Source of the DNA: Halobacteriales archaeon
GTDB lineage: Archaea > Halobacteriota > Halobacteria > Halobacteriales > SKNY01
DNA length: 64,000 bases
Assembly: GCA_007118975.1 (NCBI GenBank)
Contig: SKQO01000003.1
Span: 12,509-76,508 of the forward strand
Reading direction: 5' to 3'
In this document: piece after piece, positions 9,133 to 18,938 of the stretch
How positions within the stretch are numbered: position 1 is the first letter of the stretch
Layout of the letters: every line of letters starts with the position of its first letter
The notes under the pieces: generated by a model
Database searches by the model: none
What the model was told of the DNA's origin: nothing
The model's input: the letters and a program-made list of their open reading frames with translations, nothing else
Made by a program: the position numbers and the translations under genes

Positions 9133-11139
9133 TCAGAACCCCCTCCCACACCGTTGGCCTTGATCTTCGATTCGCACGGTTACCGATCCCGGGAAGGGGA
9201 GTGCGGTCGGGTCACCGGCCAGCACCGCACCGTTCCCAACCGACACGTCGATGACGTCTTCGACGCCGTCGAGCCCTTCGAGGAGCGCGAAAAGCTCGGA
9301 ACGGTGGACCGGACGCTCGAACGGCCATCCCGCTCCAGTTGTGCCGGCAAGCGGGTCAAGAAACGCCACGACGGCCTCCCGAATGGTTTCCTCGACGCGA
9401 TCGGATGATCGGCCGTCCTCGAGTGTAATCGCCGTCGTGACCGACACCTCGACGTACCGGGGCGCCTCGACGCGTACTCGGTCTGTGATGAGTGTGTGTT
9501 CGCGGAGATGGGCTGCCACGGCCGCCCGAAAGCCCTCAGTGGGAATCGACCGGCGGCGGTGTGGGGGCGCCTCCGGGACCACGACGACAGTAACAGGCGG
9601 TACCGCACACGAATCACCCGTCGTTTCCACGAACGCGTGTGCGCGCTGAACATCGACTGCGGGTGTGTGCAACGCGAGTTCGCGGAAATCAGCAGGTGTG
9701 ACTGCTCGGGTGGGCCGATCCGTCCGATCGCGGGCCCGGGCGATCGCGTCCGCCAGCGGTTCCGCCTCTTCGCCGCCGGACGGGGATTCGACGACCCGCC
9801 CACCGCGTACCGCATCGGCAGCGGGGAATTGCCACGTCGCCTCCCCGTCGAGGTTACCCGCTTTCCCGCCACCGTACGTCACACAATCAGCGATCACTTC
9901 GGCGCCGACTGGTGGGATTGTGCCCCGTCGACCGTCGCCGAACGTGACTGTCGCTGCACTCCGGTCCAACACGCAATGGGGATCGTCGGGCGAGGACGCG
10001 CTGAAATCATCGACGACCTCCCAACGGGTGTCTCCCACGGTAACGTGGGCCGCCACGACCGGCCCCACGGGAAACACGAATTGCTGGTTCGCTTCCCCCG
10101 TGGTGTGGTGGGGACCAACATCGGCGGGGAGCGCCTCATCATCCGTGCGTCGTTCGAGCGGGACGTCGGTCGCTTGCCATTCGTGTTTCACGGGCACCAG
10201 ATTCGTGCCGATACGCTCGAACAGTGGAGGATGCTCGAGCCGGGTCGGGCCGCTCGATCGCCCGTCACCCTCCGCTACAAGACGGCCACGAATCCAGTAG
10301 CGATCAATATCCACACCGAGAATGCGCGCCGCCTCGTGTTCGTCCTGCCAGTCCGTCGGCACTGCGAGTGTCAGCTGGCCACTCCGGTACAGATGGGTTG
10401 TCCCGTCGCGTTCGATCTCGATCGGTTTCCATACGTCATCGTCGTGCCAGGCGTCTGGTCGGGTACAATGTTCCCACTGCAACTGGAGGGACGGCTCGAA
10501 CGCCATCTCGTCATCCCGCTCCAGCGCGGCCGCGAGCGAGTCGCCCTCCCGGTGGAAGGCCAGCGTGAGCCGGTCGGATGCGGCGAAGGGGTCTCGATCG
10601 AACCCGAGATAGAGAACGTTACCCTCCCTGCCATCACGGCCCAGCCCCGGAAAGTGTCGGTCGCCACGGTCGTTGTCCGCGGTGTGATCAGTGCGACCCC
10701 GATCGGTCTCGGTAATCACGCGATCAACCGACGCTGGGGCGAGGCGGGTCCCGGCGGAAACCTCGAACGAGACGCGCGACCCATCCGGTCGCGTGGCCGC
10801 TACTGGGGTCTTCGGGGAGAGAAGCCACGAGGTATCCTCGAGCTCGGATGCGTCGACGGCGGCGGTCACCGCAACCTCCAGCACGCCGGTCGCCCGTTGC
10901 GGCGGCCGTGGTCGAATTCCGACCAAGTCGAGGTATTTCCGCCGGTGTTCATCCGTTACCTGATCGAGTTGATATCCATAGGTTTCGACGAGCCAGGCCA
11001 GCAGCTCGATGATCGTGATACCCGGATCGTGTTCGTTGTGATCGGTCCAGGCGGGCGCGAGCACCGGAAGCCGTTTGAGGGCGTCCTCTCGCAGCTCCTC
11101 GAACGTCACATCGTCCAGATCGGGAGCGTCGAGCGCCAC
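9133..11139 (-). CDS. Baseplate J/gp47-like assembly protein (Afp11/12 class)
   Basis: PDLDD..WTDHNEHDPGITIIELLAWL, FGDGRRGTIPP, RAVTPADF, GWPFER. Confidence 0.9.
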   Translation of the reverse strand: MALDAPDLDDVTFEELREDALKRLPVLAPAWTDHNEHDPGITIIELLAWLVETYGYQLDQVTDEHRRKYLDLVGIRPRPPQRATGVLEVAVTAAVDASELEDTSWLLSPKTPVAATRPDGSRVSFEVSAGTRLAPASVDRVITETDRGRTDHTADNDRGDRHFPGLGRDGREGNVLYLGFDRDPFAASDRLTLAFHREGDSLAAALERDDEMAFEPSLQLQWEHCTRPDAWHDDDVWKPIEIERDGTTHLYRSGQLTLAVPTDWQDEHEAARILGVDIDRYWIRGRLVAEGDGRSSGPTRLEHPPLFERIGTNLVPVKHEWQATDVPLERRTDDEALPADVGPHHTTGEANQQFVFPVGPVVAAHVTVGDTRWEVVDDFSASSPDDPHCVLDRSAATVTFGDGRRGTIPPVGAEVIADCVTYGGGKAGNLDGEATWQFPAADAVRGGRVVESPSGGEEAEPLADAIARARDRTDRPTRAVTPADFRELALHTPAVDVQRAHAFVETTGDSCAVPPVTVVVVPEAPPHRRRSIPTEGFRAAVAAHLREHTLITDRVRVEAPRYVEVSVTTAITLEDGRSSDRVEETIREAVVAFLDPLAGTTGAGWPFERPVHRSELFALLEGLDGVEDVIDVSVGNGAVLAGDPTALPFPGSVTVRIEDQGQRCGRGF

Positions 11140-11142
11140 GGT

Positions 11143-14142
11143 TCACCGCCCCCCGCGAAACGGTTCGACGACGAGTTCATGTTGTCCATTACGAGTGAGG
11201 AGATCCGGTGCACCCTCGGGGGGCGCTTCCCCTTGCACGACAGTGATATCTTCCCCGCCCACTCGGTAGCGGAGGCGAAGCGTCCGAACGTGGTCCACGC
11301 CAGCCGTGGCCTCGACGATCGCGAAGAGATCCGAGACGGAGGGGAGTTCGCCGAACGCCCATCCGTCGCCCTCGGCCCCGGTGACGGGATGGAGATACGA
11401 GGTAAGTCGATCCTCGATTCGAGCCTCGACCGTCCCGAGCCCCTCATCCGGCTCGGCCACGATTGTTGCGTCGGTCCCGACCGCAACGTAACTCGGCCCT
11501 CGCACGACGAGCCGACCTTCACCAATGATCGGCGCCGGTGATCGCGTACGCACCTCGCGCTCGACGGTGTCCCGCAAGGCCGGTGATGGAACCGGTGCGG
11601 GCCGGCGATCCGCCGGGACGACAACCAGCGTCACCCAGCCTGGCGCTCGTTCACCCGCTTCGTTCAGCCCCGGAATACACGTGACCGCCGCCAGGTGGCG
11701 GGACGCATCCAGGGCAATCCGTTCAAAATCCGCCGCAGTTACGGCCCGGTCGCGGTCGCGGATCGTCCCAGGTGCCCGATCGAGGACGTCACCTGTCGTT
11801 TCGCCCGCAGCGCCACCACCGCCGGCGACCGGATTAATAACGTCCTCCACCAGCGCAATCCCGCTCACGAGTTCGTCGATCTCACCTGACGCAACGTTGC
11901 CGGCCTCGCCACCGCCAGTCCGGTAGGTGGCCCGGATGTTGTCCGATCCGTGCGGTGGAATCCGGCCCGCGCGATCGTCGCCAAAGCGCACCGTTCCTTC
12001 GATCGGATCGAGGACGTAATGGCGATCGTCCTCGCCAGACGCGAGGAAGTCCCCGACCTGTTTCCAGCGGACCCATACTGCAGTGATCTCGCCGTCGGCA
12101 TCCGTTTCGATCGAAACCCGCTCCGGGTCAGTGGTTTCGAGCCGATGCCGAGCACTGGCCGTGAGCGATTGGGACTCGTCGATCCACACCTCGCTGTCGA
12201 GAACGGGTGGTTCGGCAACCGACAGCGTCGTATTCGGCGAGCCGTCGCTTGAACCGAGTGTCTCGTCCTCGATTACCGTCACATTCGCGACTTCGCCGAC
12301 GTTCGGGTGGAGACCCGAAATGGTCGGTGGGTCCGTCGTTTCCTCGACTGCCCCACCCGGTGTTGTCAACCGTTCGCGGCAGGCGGAAAGTCCGGTCGTC
12401 GCTTCGATCGCGCTGTCGTTTGCGGACACCGTTGCTCCGAACGCATCACCACGAACTCGCATGCGAAGCCAGTGGCGCTCTCGACCGAATCGTCGTTGCG
12501 GAGCCGATGGGGTCGGGAAATGGAGCGAGACGATCCCGGATTCGGTGGCACCGACACTTTCGTCGGTTCCGGGAGCGTGCTGCCAACCGTGCTCGACGCG
12601 ATATTCCCACCGGGTTCGTGGCGTGAATTCCGGGGCGTATCGCAGATCCGCGGCATCGACGTAGAGCTGGATCGGTCCACCGGCGAGGGTCCCCTCGAAA
12701 CCGAGATACATGGTCTGTGCGTCGTCGGGGAGCCGCCGGAACGGTCGAAACGGCACGTCTTCGCGCTCGAACACCAGGTTGTTCTCGGTCAGTAGGTGGG
12801 CTGGCGCGTCGTCCCACGCTTCCGGGTAGGTATAGGAGACCCGAAGGGAATCGATCGTGGGGGGATCCCCCACGACTTTCCGTTCCGGCTCTTCTACGCC
12901 GACGTGTCTGACTTCCACGAACTCACCGGCGATGAGTCGACCCCGAATCCAGGCCCCGTCTTGGCCGGCGACTGCCGTCATTTCGAGATCCTCCGGAACC
13001 TGAAACTGGAGCGACCGGGGGAAATCCTCCTCACAATGCATGTCCGCCTCCGGATCGAGCCCCCGCCAGGCGTTACCGTCGAAATATTCCCAGGAGAAGC
13101 CGACCTCGTCGACCCCCTTTTGATCGAGCGTCTGGGCCTCCACCCCCTCGAAACGGATCGTTACCTCGGCACCTCGTTTGGTGATTGCCTCGTCGGAGCG
13201 GAGATAAAACGTATCTCGCTGTCGGGGCATGGTTCCGAACGGATAGATCGGGCCGTCACCTGTCGACTGGGGTACGTCGTTTGCGTACATCCCGTCGACC
13301 GGGGCATCGTTCTTCGGTCGCCCGAACCTGAGGCTGTCGAGTTCGATATCGAACGCTGTAGACGCGAACTCCTCCATCCTCGCACGAACCCAGTAGGTTT
13401 CGATCCCGTTTCGATCGGTTTCGGTAAGTTCCTCGTCACAGCCGAGACTGAACGTGAAGGGCTGGCGGCCCGGATCCTCGCGGGTCAGCTCGTGCCAGCC
13501 TTCACCGTCCGGACCGGATTCTCCGTGAAACTCCCAGACCAACCGTCCGAGCGCCGCTGGATCGTCCGCTTCGACCTCCAGTTGGATCGTCGCCGGCCCC
13601 GAGACATCCAGGCGTTCCGGATGGCCCACGTAGAGCGCGTGACGCTGTCGATTCTCGCCGGAAAAGAGGGTGCTCGAGGCCGCCCCGTCGACGACCTCAT
13701 CGTGTCTCGTGATCCGATCGTCCGCCGGATCGACACAGTACACCTCCCGTAACCTGGCGGGCGTCGCCTCGAACGCATCGCCTCGACCGAGCCGGAAATC
13801 GAGCTCCTCGTCGTTAGGTTCCGCCGAAAGGGTCGTCCCGGGCGGGATCGGGACATTTCGATTCGCATCCGCTGCAACCTCGAATGCGACCGGGACCGTG
13901 GCGGCCTGGGGTGGACGACGCCCGAATCCGAGGGTTTCGAAGAAGGCGACCCGGTGTTTTTCGGGTAACTGATCGACCCGTTCCAGGAGATCGTCCGCCA
14001 TCGCTGCGAACAGCTCGACGACGGCCGCCCCCGGGCCACCGCTCTCGGGTTCCCATCGATCGGTGTACGTCGCGGCATTAGCCTCGATAGCCGCTCGGAC
14101 CGCGGCCCGGTCGCGACCGTCGAGTGTCGGTGGCTCGCTCAT
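11143..14142 (-). CDS. Large baseplate J/gp47-like assembly protein
   Basis: MSEPPTLDGR start at 14142; FGDDRAGRIPP, YRTGGG, RAVTAADFE, GWAFG. Confidence 0.9.
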   Translation of the reverse strand: MSEPPTLDGRDRAAVRAAIEANAATYTDRWEPESGGPGAAVVELFAAMADDLLERVDQLPEKHRVAFFETLGFGRRPPQAATVPVAFEVAADANRNVPIPPGTTLSAEPNDEELDFRLGRGDAFEATPARLREVYCVDPADDRITRHDEVVDGAASSTLFSGENRQRHALYVGHPERLDVSGPATIQLEVEADDPAALGRLVWEFHGESGPDGEGWHELTREDPGRQPFTFSLGCDEELTETDRNGIETYWVRARMEEFASTAFDIELDSLRFGRPKNDAPVDGMYANDVPQSTGDGPIYPFGTMPRQRDTFYLRSDEAITKRGAEVTIRFEGVEAQTLDQKGVDEVGFSWEYFDGNAWRGLDPEADMHCEEDFPRSLQFQVPEDLEMTAVAGQDGAWIRGRLIAGEFVEVRHVGVEEPERKVVGDPPTIDSLRVSYTYPEAWDDAPAHLLTENNLVFEREDVPFRPFRRLPDDAQTMYLGFEGTLAGGPIQLYVDAADLRYAPEFTPRTRWEYRVEHGWQHAPGTDESVGATESGIVSLHFPTPSAPQRRFGRERHWLRMRVRGDAFGATVSANDSAIEATTGLSACRERLTTPGGAVEETTDPPTISGLHPNVGEVANVTVIEDETLGSSDGSPNTTLSVAEPPVLDSEVWIDESQSLTASARHRLETTDPERVSIETDADGEITAVWVRWKQVGDFLASGEDDRHYVLDPIEGTVRFGDDRAGRIPPHGSDNIRATYRTGGGEAGNVASGEIDELVSGIALVEDVINPVAGGGGAAGETTGDVLDRAPGTIRDRDRAVTAADFERIALDASRHLAAVTCIPGLNEAGERAPGWVTLVVVPADRRPAPVPSPALRDTVEREVRTRSPAPIIGEGRLVVRGPSYVAVGTDATIVAEPDEGLGTVEARIEDRLTSYLHPVTGAEGDGWAFGELPSVSDLFAIVEATAGVDHVRTLRLRYRVGGEDITVVQGEAPPEGAPDLLTRNGQHELVVEPFRGGR

Positions 14143-14143
14143 G

Positions 14144-14530
14144 TCAGGCCCCCGTGAGATAAAACGGATACACGAGGTTCCGTTCGGTGTTACTGGCTCG
14201 TATCCGGTAGTCGATCTCGACGGTAAGTTCGCCACGGCTCCGGTCTGTGATGGTAGCAGCGACGTCGAGCACCTCGATTCGAGGCTCCCACTGGATTAGC
14301 GCGTCCTCGACATCATCCTCGAGCAGGGTGATGCGGGTCGTGTCCAGTGCGGCGAAGGCGTAATCGTGGATTCCACAGCCGAACGAGGGGCGCATCACAC
14401 GCTCGCCAGGGGCGGTCGACAGGATCAGTCGGATTGCCTGCTCGATGTCGGTCTCGCCGTCGGCAACGGCGATCGCGCCGTCTGGCGTGTCAATGGGGAA
14501 GGCCCAGCCGCTCCCGAGGAACTCGCTCAT
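14144..14530 (-). CDS. GPW/gp25 baseplate (sheath initiator) protein
   Basis: FLGSGWAFP, PGERVMRPSFGC, WEPRI. Confidence 0.93.
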   Translation of the reverse strand: MSEFLGSGWAFPIDTPDGAIAVADGETDIEQAIRLILSTAPGERVMRPSFGCGIHDYAFAALDTTRITLLEDDVEDALIQWEPRIEVLDVAATITDRSRGELTVEIDYRIRASNTERNLVYPFYLTGA

Positions 14531-14814
14531 TCGATGATCACCGACGTGGCGCCACCGACGATGGTGTTCGGCGGTCCGCTTTCCGCGATGGCGTCCCCGA
14601 GCCTGGCGGCCGGCATCCCGTTGATAAGCACCGACGTACTCCCGCCCTGGACGACACCGCCGACGTGGGTGACCGGAGAACTCACGGGACAGGCGTGATA
14701 GTCAGAGATGGCTCGCCACGCCGGCAGTCCCTCGATGAGGACGTCGGGACTGCCCGGACCGGAGAGGGGCGTTCCATGGGCGGTCGGATCAGTCGCTCGT
14801 GCTGCTGGTGGCAT
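14527..14814 (-). CDS. PAAR spike-tip protein
   Basis: MPPAAR..., PAWR, PAARLGD repeats; no C-terminal extension. Confidence 0.95.
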   Translation of the reverse strand: MPPAARATDPTAHGTPLSGPGSPDVLIEGLPAWRAISDYHACPVSSPVTHVGGVVQGGSTSVLINGMPAARLGDAIAESGPPNTIVGGATSVIIE

Positions 14815-14816
14815 GG

Positions 14817-15452
14817 TTAGTTGAGAGTGATGAGCGCCCCGTCGAGCGTGAGGACGCCGCCGGCCTCGATATCGAGGTTGCCGGTGGTGCTAATCTGGAT
14901 ACTTGGTGCCTCGATGCTGATGCTCGCATCGCTCGAAATCGACAGTTCCCTTGCAGCGCCGTCGAATTCGATTCGATTTCCTCCGGTATCCTCGACGGTC
15001 ACCGTCTCGCCATCGTCATCAAGCTCGATCGTGTGTCCGGCAGCCGTTTCGAGCGTGACTCCTTCCTCGCCGCTTCCGTCTGCGAACGTCAGTTCATGGC
15101 CACTGCGCGATCGTATTTGTCTGATATCGTTGTCCGGGTCGGGGGCGTCCGTTGGTGGTTCGTCGTCGCCGTTCCAGAGGGAACCCACGACGTACGGGTA
15201 GTCGATGTCACCGTTCTCGAATGCGACGAGCACCTCGTCGCCGACTTCGGGGACAAAATACGTCCCTCGATCTGGACCTGCCATGGGGACTGCAATTCTG
15301 GTCCAGTCGCTTTCCCCGGCGGTCTCGAGCCAAGGATACCGCAGGGTAACCCGGCCGCGCTGCTGGGGATCGTCGTTCTCGGCAACGATCGCCACGGCGA
15401 CACCCTGAATCGATCCCGTTCCGCTGGTCGTTGAATCTCGTGAATAACTCAT
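14817..15452 (-). CDS. Spike protein (gpV/gp5 OB-fold plus beta-helix)
   Basis: DDPQQRGRV, W.R..PMAG..G.YFVPEVGDEVLVAF..GD...PYVVGSLW. Confidence 0.92.
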   Translation of the reverse strand: MSYSRDSTTSGTGSIQGVAVAIVAENDDPQQRGRVTLRYPWLETAGESDWTRIAVPMAGPDRGTYFVPEVGDEVLVAFENGDIDYPYVVGSLWNGDDEPPTDAPDPDNDIRQIRSRSGHELTFADGSGEEGVTLETAAGHTIELDDDGETVTVEDTGGNRIEFDGAARELSISSDASISIEAPSIQISTTGNLDIEAGGVLTLDGALITLN

Positions 15453-16504
15453 CTCTCAACCTCCGTCGCAAGTCGAACGTCGAACGACGTCCGGTAGCCG
15501 CTCGTGTCGATCGTGTGCACCACGTCGGTGATGTAGTAGCGGCCAGAAAACCGCTCGCCGAGCCCCCGTAGTGAAACCGTCTGGTCGACGTCGAGCTCGG
15601 GGATGCCAATCGTCTCGGCGGAACCTTCGAAGGAGGCATCCTCCCGCTCGGTGAGGAGCCGGTCGGCGAGCCGGTCGGCCTCCTTTTGCGAGGTAACCGG
15701 CCGCTTGACCGTCCGGACGCGGTCGCCGTCCTCGTCGCCCGCAGTCCCCACGATCTCGGCTTTTTGCTCGGGATCCCAGTGGTGCACCTTGACGCCGTCG
15801 AGGGTTCGGGCGTCGGTGAACGTGGGCGAGAAGGACTCCAGGCTTTCTCCATACGTCAGTGTCAAGGATGAAGGGGCGTCGACTGCTGGTGGGCCGAATC
15901 TGAGCTCATCCGCTCGAACGTACACCTGGTAGGGGCGGCCACCGGCGGTATTTCGCTCGGCCAGCTCCACGAGGTAGTCGGCGTCCGATTCCTCGTTGTT
16001 GTATGTGACCCGGCGGCGTTCGTCCTCACCGACTGGGGTGACAGCGGCATCCAGGCCGTATGCGGCCGCGATCTCTGCAGCGATCTCGTCGTCGGTACTG
16101 TCTTCCCACCGTTCCTGCACGACACGCTTGGTCATATCGTGGTACGTGCCATAGCCACTCACCGAAATCGTCGGGGCGCCCGACGCCGGGAAGGAAGTGC
16201 CGAGCTCGCGCACGGAGCCGATGAACATCGTGGGGAGATCTTCCGGTGTTCCGTATCCCATCGCGATCTCCACGTGAACCCCGACGGGGACGTCATTCCA
16301 GTCGAAATCCAGGAACTCGCTCGCTTCGTGGTCGAACCGGGTAGCGAACGTCAGGTCGAAGTGGTCCGCGCCGTCCATCGTCGCGTCCACCGTGACGTCG
16401 CTGACGATCCCGTCCGTCTCCTCGAAGGTGGTACCACCGATCTCGACGACGAACCGAGGCACTGAGAAATCGTGGCCGAGGCCCGACAGTGCTTGTAACG
16501 TCAT
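15449..16504 (-). CDS. Baseplate hub (phage late control D / gp27-like)
   Basis: Adjacent to spike gene; ESDADYLVELAERN, FSGRYYITDVVHTI. Confidence 0.88.
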   Translation of the reverse strand: MTLQALSGLGHDFSVPRFVVEIGGTTFEETDGIVSDVTVDATMDGADHFDLTFATRFDHEASEFLDFDWNDVPVGVHVEIAMGYGTPEDLPTMFIGSVRELGTSFPASGAPTISVSGYGTYHDMTKRVVQERWEDSTDDEIAAEIAAAYGLDAAVTPVGEDERRRVTYNNEESDADYLVELAERNTAGGRPYQVYVRADELRFGPPAVDAPSSLTLTYGESLESFSPTFTDARTLDGVKVHHWDPEQKAEIVGTAGDEDGDRVRTVKRPVTSQKEADRLADRLLTEREDASFEGSAETIGIPELDVDQTVSLRGLGERFSGRYYITDVVHTIDTSGYRTSFDVRLATEVER

Positions 16505-17169
16505 CGTCGCTCCAGGGCAGGAATTCTCAATTCGGTGCCCCGTTCTAGCTCCCGTGGATTGACGATCTCGTTCGCGCGGGCAATCACGCGCCAGGCACCG
16601 GGCTTCCCGTATTCATCATTCGCGATCCCCCAGAGTGTATCACCCTCGGCGACCCGATGCACAGTGGTCGTGTCCGGGGAGTGGCGGGGTTCCTCCGCCA
16701 GTTGTTGGGCCGGCGGGGTGTACTCTCTGAACGTAACGTCCATGCGGGCCCGTACTGGCGTCCCGTCCGCCCGGAACATGGTGAAAGTCGTGTTGGCACT
16801 TTCGATCACGGATTGAAACGAGAGCTTCCCCCAGGCGAATTTCACTAACGGTGGCGCGTGTCGTTCGCCGTCGACGAGCAACAACGTGTTTACCTTATTG
16901 GTGAGCTTCCGGACGTCGTCCGGCTCCCCCTCCCGGTCTTCGTAGACATCAAAGAACAGCTCGACCGAGAGCGTCTCGGCATCACCGCTGACGAACTGCT
17001 GGAACGGTGCATCCAGACCGGGGACCTCCTGTTCGGCGTAGGTGACGCTTTTGTCGACGCTGATTTCCTCGGGGTTGAACTGGACGGCGATTTCGTCCTC
17101 CCCGGGATCGAGATCTTCATCGAGAATCTTGATCCGCGCGTCGTCGTACTCGCGGTCGGTGGCGCTCAT
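16501..17169 (-). CDS. CIS tube-initiator protein with C-terminal LysM domain (Afp7-like)
   Basis: QFNPEEI..LFFD..W..F..G.PVRA..V.F.E; LysM HRVAEGDTLWGIA..W..IA.AN. Confidence 0.9.
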   Translation of the reverse strand: MSATDREYDDARIKILDEDLDPGEDEIAVQFNPEEISVDKSVTYAEQEVPGLDAPFQQFVSGDAETLSVELFFDVYEDREGEPDDVRKLTNKVNTLLLVDGERHAPPLVKFAWGKLSFQSVIESANTTFTMFRADGTPVRARMDVTFREYTPPAQQLAEEPRHSPDTTTVHRVAEGDTLWGIANDEYGKPGAWRVIARANEIVNPRELERGTELRIPALERR

Positions 17170-18626
17170 CGTCCGCGACGCTCCCGTTCGATTCGCTCCC
17201 GTCGATCGAGTTTGCGGGTGAGCTGGTCTGCAAGGCGGTCGAGATCGATGCGGTCGGTCAGGTCGGTGGTCTCCTGTTGTCGCGCTGGCTGACGATCGGG
17301 GCGCGGTTCGGTATTCGTCTGGTCCGGTTCCGAATCGGAGTCACTCGGGCGGCTCTCGGTAGTTCGATGGAGTGACATAGGAGGACCTGACGTCGGTGAC
17401 CCGGGTTCAACGGAGGGACTCGAGGATCGCTCGGATCGAGTGCCGCTCGCCAGCTGGCCACTAGCAGTCACGGTTGTCCTCGACACGGTCAGCTCCCCTC
17501 CTGCTTGGGAAGCCGGCGGAAGATCGGCTGGTGAAGCATCAGATCGAGGGGCGGGAGTACTGGAACCCGCGAGGGAGTCGCCACCAGCGGCCTCGCCGCT
17601 CGAGAAGAGGTTTGTCACGCTCAGATCCGGCGGTGCAGAACCTGGAGGAGTGGATTCCCGCTCTGTGATCCCGTGGTGGCTCGACGGGTCTGGAGCATCC
17701 ACTGGGTCCGTGCTTGAAGAAGCACGTTCCAGGAGGCCTGGTTGGACCGCTTGTGTCTGCTCGTCGGCCGGTGTGGTTGCCGGGGATGGTGTGACGGTGG
17801 TCCGAGCCGGGGCGTGCGCACCACGACCTTGATTTCTCACCGCAGTCTCCCGCGATAGCGATCGAGCACCGGCCGTCCCCGAATCACCCTGGTCGAAGTC
17901 ACCTCCAGTTCCCTCTCGATCAGGCCAGGCTCCGCCGGTCGCGGTGCGGTGAAAACCTGCGCCCTCGGTGATCGAGTTCGACCGTACATTGTCAAAGGGT
18001 CTGAACATCGCTCGATTCTCGAGAAACGTCCGTTGGGTTTGTTGGCCCTCGGGGGGAGAAACCCTCACTGTCGCTCCGGATGGAGTATTGCCCGATCCCG
18101 GTGGGCGACTGGTCGGACGAGATCGGTCCCGGTCCTCTCCGGTCTCCCTGTGGTAGTCCGCTGCCGAAGTGGAGTGACTGGCTGGACTGATGCGGTCCGG
18201 ATTCTCGTCCCTTCGCTCGTGGTAGGGGCGCGTGACCGGCGTGAGGTGAATGGCTGATTCGACCGGGGGGTCGTTCTGCTCGCGGCGGAGGAGGTGTTTG
18301 ACGCGGAGCTCCGAGTCATCAACTGCCTCGGATGAATCGCCGATTTCCGTGGTCGGATCCGGTGGCGACGGGGGATCGCCGCCAGACCGCTGGAGAGCAG
18401 TCGGTGCTGTCCGAAAGAACGGGGAAAAGGTCAGAAGGGGCAGTGTCGACCACTGCCCGGCGACGACACTGGGATCAAGAACACGCGGGAACGATCGGAG
18501 GAGTCCCACGAAATCACCGACCGGTCGTGACACTACTCCCCGCGAGATTGCAAGATCGTTGGTCCCTCGATCCCTTGCTCCAGGGATCTGGCCCCCACTG
18601 GCGTCCTCCCCTCCGCAACGCGTCAT
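17166..18626 (-). CDS. Ser/Pro/Thr/Gly-rich low-complexity CIS protein, candidate tape measure
   Basis: Long low-complexity body; C-terminal helix LDRLADQLTRKLDRRERIERERRGR; stop overlaps LysM gene start; start codon uncertain. Confidence 0.6.
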   Translation of the reverse strand: MTRCGGEDASGGQIPGARDRGTNDLAISRGVVSRPVGDFVGLLRSFPRVLDPSVVAGQWSTLPLLTFSPFFRTAPTALQRSGGDPPSPPDPTTEIGDSSEAVDDSELRVKHLLRREQNDPPVESAIHLTPVTRPYHERRDENPDRISPASHSTSAADYHRETGEDRDRSRPTSRPPGSGNTPSGATVRVSPPEGQQTQRTFLENRAMFRPFDNVRSNSITEGAGFHRTATGGAWPDREGTGGDFDQGDSGTAGARSLSRETAVRNQGRGAHAPARTTVTPSPATTPADEQTQAVQPGLLERASSSTDPVDAPDPSSHHGITERESTPPGSAPPDLSVTNLFSSGEAAGGDSLAGSSTPAPRSDASPADLPPASQAGGELTVSRTTVTASGQLASGTRSERSSSPSVEPGSPTSGPPMSLHRTTESRPSDSDSEPDQTNTEPRPDRQPARQQETTDLTDRIDLDRLADQLTRKLDRRERIERERRGR

Positions 18627-18667
18627 TTATTTGCAACCATTGATCTTTGCTATGGCCATACACCATG

Positions 18668-18681
18668 CCCTTATAATTGTT
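18668..18681 (-). promoter_or_regulatory. Promoter for baseplate arm (AACAATTATAAGGG on minus strand)
   Basis: TATA-like box in AT-rich divergent intergenic region; 12/14 identical to the motif upstream of the sheath gene. Confidence 0.55.
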
Positions 18682-18938
18682 GTGTGAACGAAATTCCGGG
18701 AGCGAATAACGACCAAAATAACAAGAAGAGATCATATTGAACGAGGGGGAAGACATCGAGAACCGGAAGCCATCGCGATATTCAAAAACACAACACTCAA
18801 ATCCCCGGAATAGAGCCGCCTCAAACCCGAATAAGCATCAAATGAGCCACATTTGTATCGTTGTCATGCGACTTCTCCATCGCGGAAAGAGCAGAATCAT
18901 TAACCGACCACTGGATCGACCTGTAATAATTAAAAGTA

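Noticed and set aside
9496-11541. Long antisense ORFs (also 51008-52519, 55300-57657, 58629-60893)
   Set aside because: Shadow frames of well-supported genes, expected from high-GC codon bias; no motifs
16501-16680. LysM as evidence for targeting bacterial peptidoglycan
   Set aside because: LysM at this position is a standard structural baseplate element in contractile tails
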